Shown here: piece by piece, positions 1 through 9,500 of the stretch | How positions within the stretch are numbered: position 1 is the stretch's first letter | How the letters are laid out: each line of letters opens with the position of its first letter | IMG/VR virus record: IMGVR_UViG_3300010054_000044 | Location: 1 to 52,438 of that record | Reading direction: 5' to 3' (one strand) | Origin: a virus | Taxonomy: Duplodnaviria; Caudoviricetes | DNA length: 52,438 nucleotides | The notes under the pieces: generated by a model | What the model was told of the DNA's origin: nothing | What the model saw: only the letters and a program-made list of their open reading frames with translations | Databases searched by the model: none | Made by a program: the position numbers and the translations under genes

Positions 1-226
1 GCGGGAGTTCGGCGGGGCGTGTCGGCTGACTAGCGGCGGGATCGGTGGCGCTCGCTACAGCGCGGCGGCCCATATCGGTTAGGTGCCCAGCAGAATGAAA
101 GGCTAGAAAGAAGGTCAGGAGGGGAACCGACTTTTCACCATGAAACTGGAAATCTATCCAGTATGACTACCTGAGAATAGCTCTCAAAAAAATGGTTAGA
201 AAAAGTGGTTAGAATGCAAAAAAATC

Positions 227-261
227 AAAGCCCGCAAGTCGTTGACTCTACGGGCTTTTTT
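227..261 (-). terminator. Hairpin/terminator downstream of the displaced tRNA 3' fragment
   Basis: AAAGCCCG...CGGGCTTT stem flanked by A/T tracts. Confidence 0.55.
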
Positions 262-266
262 AATAA

Positions 267-328
267 TGGCGGAGGGACAGGGATTCGAACCCTGGATAGG
301 CTATTAACCTATGCCGGTTTTCAAGACC
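267..328 (-). repeat. att site (duplicated 3' 62 nt of tRNA-Ser)
   Basis: Identical to 52316..52377; diverges after ...TCAAGACC, so the tRNA 5' part is missing here. Confidence 0.96.
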
Positions 329-375
329 AGAAAACCAGCCGAAATTTCTCCCAATAAAACAGTAGCTTAGAATAC

Positions 376-451
376 AGCAGTATAACAGAAAGCGGTTATA
401 CTCGTGTGTTTTAGCTCTGTTCCCACCTAAATCTAAAGCCTTTCTGTTCCC
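376..451. promoter_or_regulatory. Putative integrase arm-type/accessory sites
   Basis: AGCAGTATAAC (376..386), GTTATACT (395..402) and TGTTCCC (418..424, 445..451) recur at 52214..52248 next to the other att. Confidence 0.45.
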
Positions 452-541
452 CTATCTTACCACCTTGAGCCTGCCCTACTAACCACAATACAACGCGTGC
501 GACATGCTGGAAGCGGCGTTAATGGCGTTGCATTGTCGAGC

Positions 542-709
542 TTAGTGGCAGTGACGCGTGCCTGCTTTCGTATCCCGGTGGCAACCACTGCCATCAGTAC
601 GGCCACCATGCTCCACTACGTCACCGCTGCTAATAGCGGTGGCAGCCGTTACGTTTCCTGCACCTAGCAACATGCCAGCCAGCATTAGAGCTACCAGTAC
701 CTTTTTCAT
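542..709 (-). CDS. Small secreted YHYH-like protein
   Basis: Signal peptide MKKVLVALMLAGMLLGA; C-terminal HGGRTDGSGCH...HCH motif; GAGGAAG RBS before ATG 709. Confidence 0.7.
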   Translation of the reverse strand: MKKVLVALMLAGMLLGAGNVTAATAISSGDVVEHGGRTDGSGCHRDTKAGTRHCH

Positions 710-866
710 TATCGCTTCCTCATTTACGCTGGCCCATCGCCAGCCAAAAGAGATTAGCACTGTCCCTACTCAAGCAAAGCTGACTTTAGTCAAAAGCCTA
801 CTTAATTTTTATCAGCAGGTCGCATCAATTGCGAAATTTTATTAGTCTTCCCTCTCACTTGCAGGG

Positions 867-1760
867 ATGACCCAAATGAAACAGCTTTCCTACTTTAGTG
901 CCCTTCTAGTTGCCCTACTGCTGCCTGGCCAATCAGTCGCCGATGTGCCTTCTTCTTTCAATGCGGCAAAGCGCATCGCTGAAGAGCAGATTTACTATGA
1001 TCAGGACACGTCTTTTTACTGCGGCTGCCAGTTCGACTTTGAGGCTGGGCCCAACCTGGAAGCCTGCGGTTACGAGATTAGAAAGCAGCCTCGAAGAGCA
1101 AGCCGTATCGAGTGGGAGCATGTAATGCCAGCTTACGACTTTGGCCGGCAACGGCAGTGCTGGAAAGATGACGGTCGGGATAACTGCCGCCGGACAGATG
1201 AAGTATTCAGGCGCGCAGAGGCGGATCTACACAACTTGGTACCGGCAATTGGCGAGGTCAACGGTGACCGGTCAAACATGCGGTTCGGCATGGTCAACAC
1301 GCCTGTTCACGAATACGGTGCTTGTGATGTGACTGTCTCATTTGAAGAGCGCACCTTTCAGCCGCCACCCCACCGGCGTGGCGACATAGCGCGCACCTAC
1401 TGGTACATGCGGGACACCTACGGCATTGAGATCAGCCGACAGCAACAGCAGCTTTTCACGGCCTGGGCTAACCAAGACCCAGTCGATGAATGGGAGCTAG
1501 AGCGAAACCGACGCATCGCAGCTGTGCAGGGGAACGCTAATCCATACGTCGGTGAGGTCGCTATACAAGAGCCCGAATCAGCAACATCTACTCCGGCAAT
1601 CCCTCAGCGCTCAGCAAGCACTGAATTTAGCTGTTCAACTCGCAAAACATGCGGCGCGATGTCCTCTTGTGAAGAGGCAATATTTCACCTGAATCAATGT
1701 GGAAACGGCCGCCTAGACGGCGATGGCGATGGCGTTCCTTGCGAATCAATTTGCCGGTAA
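867..1760 (+). CDS. Secreted endonuclease I (EndA/Dns family) with C-terminal Excalibur Ca-binding domain
   Basis: Signal peptide, FYCGC, RIEWEHVMPA, ADLHNLVPAIGEVNGDRSN, RGDIAR; C-terminal C..M.SC.EA...LDGDGDGVPCE. Confidence 0.9.
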   Translation: MTQMKQLSYFSALLVALLLPGQSVADVPSSFNAAKRIAEEQIYYDQDTSFYCGCQFDFEAGPNLEACGYEIRKQPRRASRIEWEHVMPAYDFGRQRQCWKDDGRDNCRRTDEVFRRAEADLHNLVPAIGEVNGDRSNMRFGMVNTPVHEYGACDVTVSFEERTFQPPPHRRGDIARTYWYMRDTYGIEISRQQQQLFTAWANQDPVDEWELERNRRIAAVQGNANPYVGEVAIQEPESATSTPAIPQRSASTEFSCSTRKTCGAMSSCEEAIFHLNQCGNGRLDGDGDGVPCESICR

Positions 1761-1971
1761 TCCCAAAGCCCCCATTGGCGGTTTGTTAGGCATTTCGGTT
1801 ACAAGGCAAACGTTAAACTGGTATTTGAATTCAGCATGTACCGCCTAGATAAGCGCTTCTATGCCCCAACGTATCAGCATTGATAGAAAAAGGGACAATT
1901 TCAAGAGCTAATCAGCCTTTTACAATCCGCTCGCTATGTCAGCATCGCTTAATTATTCTGTGGAAAATAAT

Positions 1972-2871
1972 ATGACAATTAATATTGCCCTAGCCACCTC
2001 GGAAGCAATTGTTTTGGGTTGTGATAGCCTCTCGAGTATGGCGGAACCAGTTTTCAAGGCCCGTGATGTGGAGCTCGTCATAGATGACAATGGGCGCCCA
2101 GTTCAAGATGAGCATGGCAACTTCGTCTTTAAAGGCATGGCATCGACGGCTGTAACCACAGTATTCGGCGGAGTTAGAAAGATGTTCTGCTTAAGTGAGC
2201 ATACAACTCAGGTTGCTGCTGTGACTGCGGGCCTAGCTATCCTTGAAAACATGACCATAGCTGAACACGCCAATAAATTTCGTCGAGAGAGTGGTAACAA
2301 TCTAACCACGGTGGAAGAGGTCGCAGGCGCTTTTCTCCAATACGTCAGAAATAAGTGGGAAATTACAGTTGGGTATATTGATTCACCAAACGAACAGTCA
2401 TTCGATGAGTACCCGAATGTAGAGTTTCTAATTGCTGGCTTTGAACCCAACGGTGAAGGATGTGTCTACAGGGTCGATGTGTTGAAAAATAGCATGGATC
2501 TGCAGTACGATGGCCAGCCCGGGATTGCATGGGCAGGACAAGCAAATTTTGTCCACAGGCTTCTCATCGGAGCAGACGGCTCTCTTGAGCATGATCTGGT
2601 TCATAACCGAGGAGTTGATCCCAATGTTTTTAATGAAGCTTTGCGAGTTAGTAAAACAAATATAGATTTTGCGAATCTTCCAACGCAATACGCTATCGAT
2701 TTTGTAGAGATGTTGGTCAATACTCAGTCAGGCATGCAGCGCTTTGAGCCAGGGATTGCTACAGTTGGCGGAAGAACCCACATCGGAGTCCTGAGACGAG
2801 GTGAAGAATTCACCATGCTCAATGAGCCACAGCTCATCCACAAACACACGGGATTCAATCATGATGATTAA
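1972..2871 (+). CDS. Ntn-hydrolase / proteasome beta-subunit-like protein
   Basis: Likely start M-T-I-N-I-A-L...IVLGCDS (Thr1 after Met removal); RKMF, VAAVTAG, FLIAGF, TVGG motifs. Confidence 0.65.
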   Translation: MTINIALATSEAIVLGCDSLSSMAEPVFKARDVELVIDDNGRPVQDEHGNFVFKGMASTAVTTVFGGVRKMFCLSEHTTQVAAVTAGLAILENMTIAEHANKFRRESGNNLTTVEEVAGAFLQYVRNKWEITVGYIDSPNEQSFDEYPNVEFLIAGFEPNGEGCVYRVDVLKNSMDLQYDGQPGIAWAGQANFVHRLLIGADGSLEHDLVHNRGVDPNVFNEALRVSKTNIDFANLPTQYAIDFVEMLVNTQSGMQRFEPGIATVGGRTHIGVLRRGEEFTMLNEPQLIHKHTGFNHDD

Positions 2872-3055
2872 CCTGTCGAATGCTAGCAGCTCTGTGTTTT
2901 CGAATACTTCCAGACCTCGAGATCCAAGCTTCTACCAAAGTTCTGGTTACGTTTCTACCTCGACGCAATTATCTGGAAAAGAGCGCCAACAGCCCTCAAG
3001 GCAAGAAACAGAAGCCGCTATGCGGGCTATGAAAAAAGCAGTGAGCAAGAAATAG
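2861..3055 (+). CDS. Small Ser-rich/basic hypothetical protein overlapping the Ntn gene
   Basis: ATG overlaps the upstream gene end; followed directly by a terminator. Confidence 0.45.
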   Translation: MMINLSNASSSVFSNTSRPRDPSFYQSSGYVSTSTQLSGKERQQPSRQETEAAMRAMKKAVSKK

Positions 3056-3073
3056 CACATCGATACTATAGAC

Positions 3074-3097
3074 AAGGGCCGCTGATGCGGCCCTTTT
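3074..3097 (+). terminator. Rho-independent terminator
   Basis: AAGGGCCGC-TGAT-GCGGCCCTT followed by TT. Confidence 0.75.
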
Positions 3098-3375
3098 GCT
3101 GTCTAGCGCTAGCAGCAAGAAAAGGGTAGCTGGTTTTCAGCTAACCGCCTGAATATTGACGCGTTGCACCATTGATATGACATGCTGAAGTTTTGAGACA
3201 GCGCTTTCCAGGTGGTGCCGCAAGCTGGCGATCTCCAGGCTCCAGGCCTTAGGTTATGGCATCCCGCCTCCAGCTCTTACAGGCTGCCACAGTGCCTAAG
3301 AGTTACTCGCGTTCTCCGCCATGAAGCGTTAGCGTTAATGCTTGACCAAATTACTATTTAAGTGGAGCGCAGCCT

Positions 3376-3597
3376 TTGGACACTGAAACGTTACTGGGCA
3401 CAGCCTTCATCCTGCCAATGCTTGGGCTGCTGATCATGATCGGTATGCCCAAACATTGGCAAAATGTGCAGGGCTGGCTAATGGTGAGCTACCTGGGGAT
3501 ACCTGGCGCACTGATCGTTATTGCCCTGCTGGTGAACGTCCCTGTTCTCCTGTTTGGTGCGCTGTTCCTGCTAGGGATAGCGGCGGTCAGCCGCTAG
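3376..3597 (+). CDS. Small membrane protein
   Basis: Highly hydrophobic 73 aa; GGAG RBS; convergent with the late operon. Confidence 0.6.
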   Translation: MDTETLLGTAFILPMLGLLIMIGMPKHWQNVQGWLMVSYLGIPGALIVIALLVNVPVLLFGALFLLGIAAVSR

Positions 3598-6500
3598 CGC
3601 GCCCTCGCCTCCTGCACTTGCTCGCCTAGCGCCCGCTGAATCTGGTTTTTCACCGCGTTCAATCGGTCAATGCGCTGACGTTTCACTTCGCCATCAAGGT
3701 TGGAGCGGCGGATGATATCGATCTGCTGGTTGATCGTATTTAAGCGCCGCTGTGCGCGGTTGAGCGGTAGCCGTAACGCCAGCATGTCCCGCTTGTTGGT
3801 AGCTACCTCGGCCGCATCGGCCAAGCGCCCCATTTCTCTCAGCTCTTTAGCATCCGAATAGGCGCGGTTCGCTTCGCGCAGCCCCTCATAGAAGATCGTG
3901 CCGTACTTGGTGTAGCGGTCTTCATCGCCCAGGTTGCGATAGAAGCGGCGCACCGGTTGATATTCGTACCAGCGCTGTGCTGGGTTCTCTACGCCAGTCG
4001 CTGCCCGCCACGCAACATCAGCGCTGGACGCTACCCATGTTCCCACCTGCCCGAAGTACCCCCCAATCAAATGATCTACTTGCACCGGCGATAGCGCTAA
4101 CGGGTTTTTATCCGGGTCGCCAATCGCACCAACGGTGCTGTTCAACGCACCGGAGATCCACTCGGCGGCTTTGCTGGTGTTCGCCCGACGGCGCAATTCT
4201 GGCGACAAGCGCTCCATGCCCATGCCTTCAATCGGTCGCCCGGTAAAGGCGTCATAGTTGGCGTAGATATCGAGCGCGGGCTGCATCATCTGCGGTACCG
4301 GCGAGAAGCTAAAGGTGTCGGTCATCATGTGGCCCAGGCGCTGCGCAAATAGCTTGCCCGTAGCTTTATCGTCCACAAACTGCTCGGTCATGCGCTCGGC
4401 TAGCGTAGCCATGGCGCCGACTTCAAACGGCTTGGGAATAAAGAAGGCTTGATCGCCAAAGCGCATGAACCAGTAGGTGTCCTTCTGCCAGTCCTCTAGC
4501 TTCTGATACTCCTCGTCGTCCTGGTTGTGCAGGTAGAGCGCAATAGTGGCTAGCGTCACGGCGCCGGTTACGGTCCAGAAGCGGGCGGCTGCCTGCTTGT
4601 CGGTGACGTTCGCCTTGCCCTTGCCGAAGGCTTCGGCCAGTACGCTTGCCCCTGGCTTCATGCCGCTGCGGTAAATCTTATCCAAGCCCTGAATGCGGGC
4701 GTTGAGGAACGGCACGATATCGATCAGGATGCGCACGGCAGGCCATGCACCGTGGGCACTAAAGTCGATCAAGTCGCGAGACTCAAACGCAGCGCGCAAT
4801 GCCCCTTTGTCGCGGTTTTGCGAGTAGATGGCGGCGCGGTTGAGGTTTTCGGTGGCGTTGTTAACGTCATTCCACCATGTCCAGCCAGCGCGCAGCACGC
4901 TGGGCACCATTGAGGGGCCGTTTACCAGCTTGGCGTTACGCATATTGCGGGTTAGCTGGGCGCGTAGCTCGTCGGGGTTGTTGCCGTACAGGTGGCCGAA
5001 GTTGAACGATGCGCCGCTGGCCAGCATTTGCGCCCGGATGCGCTCATCTTTATAGCTGCGCCCGCCCTCGATCACGTTCTTAAAGGCGTTCTTGCTCACG
5101 TCGCTGGTGGCCGATGCCTGCAAGCTGTCGCGGATTAAGTTGGCAATCATGAACTGCGGCGTGGTGGTAGTCAGGTTGGTAAATACGCGCTTAAAGCCGC
5201 GCATCACCTTCATGGCCATGCTGTTCATGCCGGGGTGAGCCAGTGCCGTCAGTGCCGTGAATACCAGCGGGTCGTCAATCTCATAAAACGCTTTCTGGCC
5301 GTTTTCCATGACGAACGTGGAGCGCTTGGTGTCGCGGTTGCTTTCCGGTACGCGCTCGGCCATGCCAAGCTTCTTGGCGTTCTCAATCGCTTGCGCGGCC
5401 GCTTGGTTCTTCAAGCTAGCGTCCAGTAGATGATGGAAGTTCATCATCGTGTTTTGAAGCAGGTCGTTCAGGTTCTGGGTGCCGCCTTTGAGCCGCTTGT
5501 AGGCCTGCTGGCGTGATAGGCCGCTGGTGGCCATCATGCCGCTTACCTGCTGGTCATCTTCGGCAAGGCGATAAAACGGAACGTAGAACTCCTCGCCCCA
5601 CATTTCCCGCTGCTCGCTGGTAATGATGCCGCTCTGCTCGGCCACGGCTAGCACATCGTCGCGGTACTGCTGGAACTCGTCGAACACTTCCTTATAGAGC
5701 TGCTGGCGGCTCCGGCCATCTTCCGTTTGCCCACGGTTCCATGCCTGCATGGCGTTAATGTCGCCTACGTCGAACAGATTTTCGCGCCCATCTTGGGCAA
5801 GGCGTGCCGCACGGTTACCGGCAATCCAGCCCATGAAGCGCTCAATCTCGGCAGCGCTACCCAAGCGGCCAAGCACTTCACCTAGGCCTTTGGCATCGCC
5901 GTCCTGCATTTCAATAATGCGCTCTTGCCGGTTCAGCTTAATGCGGCCGTTGTGAAGCATGGCGTGCAGGGCGCCGTTCGCCGCATTGCTCATGCGTGCC
6001 AGCACCCAGCTTGAGCGCTGAATGTTCTCGCCCAGCGCCGTTTCACCGTAAAGGCGCTCGTCCATTTCTTTCAGTGCGGCGTAGCGGTCTACCATGCCCT
6101 GGCGAATCTTGAGGCCTGCGCGGTCGGCCTTCTCTTTAAACCAAGCCACTGCCCGCTGTGGCGGCGTGCGGCTGCCGATCTTCGCAGCGGCGGCGCGGTC
6201 GGCGTCGGTGAAGTCGCTAAACGCATCCTCGAAGTTGGCGCGCTGTTTGCTGCGCAAGGCGTAACGCTGATCGTCGTCACTCTGATTCTCCGCCTGCTGC
6301 TTCCGCAAATACTCGCGGCTTTGCTCACCTAGCGCCAAGGCGTCGGTATACGTCCACGCCACTGAGGGGAATAGCTGACGTAGCAGCTCGCGAATTTTCG
6401 CCACGGCGCGCTGCCAAGCCTTGGGGCGATGGCCTTTCTCCAGTAGGTGGGCCACCATTTCCTCGGCAATGGTAATGCGGTCTTTGCGGTTCTCCGGGTC

Positions 6501-9500
6501 AAGGAACGGATAATCGCGGCGCACCTCGCGCAAGGCGTCGCGGCCCTCTTTGCTGTTCGGCAGATTGCGGTAGAGGTTGAGCATTACGCGGTCGAGGTCT
6601 TCGCCCAATACGGCACGCATACCCTTGTGGCCTACGGCTTCGTGAACGGCGGTACGCACGCCCTCTTGTACGTCATCGACGTTATCCGCAATCACATAGA
6701 GCTGGTCGCCCACGAACAGGCCACGCACGTCGCGGGGGTTCACGCCTTGTAACGCCATCATCATGATGGATTGCGCGGGCAGCTCGGTGGCGGACTGGAT
6801 CACGGTTACGCCAGATAGCTCGGGCGAGCTGGCCAGCGCGTCGCGGATATCTTCTGCACGCGGCGCTGGACGCAGCGCCTCACTACCCGGATTGAGCGAG
6901 TAGAGCTGAACACCTCTGGCCGTTTCGCGATGTTCTAGCGTACCCATTAGCCGATCAAAGGCGGGGCCAATGCTCTTGATTTCCTGGTCGTTGGGATAAG
7001 GGCCCTCGGGGTCACTGGAAATGTTGACTAGGTAGTCGTTGCGGATGCCTTGAGCTTCCAGTTTGTCACGTGTGTAACGCTCAAACGCACGGGCTGCCAT
7101 TTCAACCGGTGTTCCGAAGTAAGCCTTTGAGCGTGGGGCATCAAACTCGCGAGAGCGCTTTTCAAAGCCGCTATCTTTTAGGGCTTGCCGCATTTCTCGC
7201 CAGCGCTCGGCCAGCTCTGCACGCGCAGGACCATCGGTCATAAGCTCGGTCTGCATGGCATCCGTGCCCTGGCCATGCGGAATGAAGTTGTCCAGCGCGT
7301 GGAACCACTCATGCGCCAAACTGCCCGCACCCTCGGTCTTGGTCAGGTTAATGACGACTTGGCCGGGTTCGTAGTGCGCAGCTGCAGAACGCTTCCCGCC
7401 TTTGCCGCGCGCTCCGAAAGCGAGGCCTAGCGTGCCGTCCAGTGACATAGCTTTAGGCGGCACGCCCAACATGGACGATAGATCCATCAGCGCATCGTAG
7501 GCGCGGTTTAAATCAGCTTGGCGGCGTTGGCCTTCGACGTAGTTACCAAACTGTACGCCACGGAAGCCAAAGGCTTCCTGAAAGTCGTCAGGCGTTACAT
7601 CGCCTTCTCGCAGCTCCACGCCTTCGCGGGGTGCGTTGGTATCGCGGCGCATACGCGGCCCTGCCCGCATGGCGTCGATCTGCTGCTGAATGGCATCACG
7701 GTTCTCGGCAACGTAGTCAGCCGCGGCCGATGGCGAGTCAAAGCCACCTTGGAGGCGAATGACTCGGCTCCCTGCTTTGAAGGCAATAAAGCGCTCGCCT
7801 GTGCTGCGGTCACGGTAAACGCTTACCGGCGTCAGCTTGCTCTTAGGCTTAGCGTTGTCGCCCTCGATAGCGCGGGAAAGCACATTCGCCGCCTTGTCCC
7901 GCATTTCGTCGAAGTCAGTGGCCCAAATACCGGTATCACGACCGCGCTCATCTTTCAGACGATAAAACGTCGTGTTAGGGCTCACCTTTTCGCCGTTGAA
8001 CATGGAGTAGCCAGACCTAGCATCGACATTCCACTTCGAAGCTTTGGCATAGAGGCTGGGCTTTAGGGGCGCAATGAGCTCAGCGGTGCGCAATGCGCCC
8101 TCTAGCTGCTTGTACTCCCGAGAGCGAACGCGGTCCATCATGTCATCGATGGAAAGAGAGCCGTCCAGAACACGGCGGGCAACGTCTTGGGCCATCGTGA
8201 GGCCTTTCATCCACTGCTGAAGACGAAAAGCTTTACGCGGCTTTGCGGGGATCTGTGCGCGCATGACTGCGACGAAGGCGGCGGCTCGCGGGTCAACGCC
8301 CTCCTCGATCAGCTTGGTGTAGTTGGGTGCGGGGAATGCCTCGCTAAGCGTTGTGGCATCGGTCACTTCACTGTTTAGGCCAGACAGCACTTGGTTGACC
8401 TGATCTTTCCGAGCGCCTGCAATCTTCTCGCCGAAGTCCTCAATGCGCTCGGCTTGAGGAGCGCTATCGGTTGCCTCCGTGTTTTCCACCTGGTTGGTTT
8501 CTGGCGGGGACTCGGTCAAGTCCTGCTGACCTCGTGCGGCAGCAACGTCGGCGGTGCGATTGCTGCCGGTTAGATTGAAGTCGACGGCTTCCCGGTCTGC
8601 CTGGGCGCGCTGTGCCTGCTCACGTTGCTGACTGGCCTCAGCTTCTTCGGCCTGCTGCTGGGCCTGCTCGCGCTCGGCAAGCTCTTGCTCGGTGTAGGTG
8701 CTGAGTAGCGGCTCGTCGTCTACTTCTTGGGCTTGCTGTTCTGCTGGAGGCCGCTGGGCAGGTTCAGCTTGTCCTTGCCTTTCAGCTCCTTGTTCGCGTC
8801 GTTGAGTGCCTGGCTGAACATCCCTTTCAGGTGGTCGTTGTTGGGTACGCTGATTTTGATTTTGCCCTTGGAAGCCTGCATCGAAAATGTCCTGGTTGGT
8901 GGTGTCGTCGGCGAATAGCGCGCCGTTGGCCTCGCCTTCTGCGCGGCTGCGTACTGCTCGACCAATATAGCCAAAGGCGGCAGTCATTGCCTGTCGGCTG
9001 CGCATGTTGTTGTTAATGGCAATGGCGAGTAGCGCGGTGGTTTCCGGCACCGGATCGCTAAAGGCGTCGGTTTGGCGGGTCAGCTCGCGCACGCTAATGC
9101 CGTCTTGGCGGGAGCGGCGCACCAAGCGCACGGCGTCGTTGATCGTGCCGATGGCGTCCAGCGCGTCACGGCTGCCGGTTTCACGCGCTACCGCTAAATC
9201 AGCGGCGGCGGCTTGCAGTCCGGCAGCGAGGTTACGCATGTTCTCGGCCTGCTCGGTGACCATCTCCACCATATCGGGGTCTTGGTACGCGGCAGCAAAG
9301 ACGGCGCGCTGCATGCGTTGGCCGAGCTCGGGTGTGGCTTGGCCGTCTCGCGTGGTGTAGCGGCTGGCCTCGTTGTTGCCTAAGCGTTGCACAAAACCGC
9401 GCTGAAAGCCTCGGTTCGTTGCGGCCAGCGGGTCGCCGCTTTCGTCGGGCTGCCATGCTTGCAGGTCGTCAGCGGTTAGGCTGTCGGCGTCGGATTGGGC

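Noticed and set aside
267-328. Second tRNA-Ser gene
   Set aside because: Lacks the 5' acceptor strand and D arm; it is the att duplication
3205-3250. TCCAGG short repeats in the intergenic region
   Set aside because: Only three 6-mers; not distinguishable from chance
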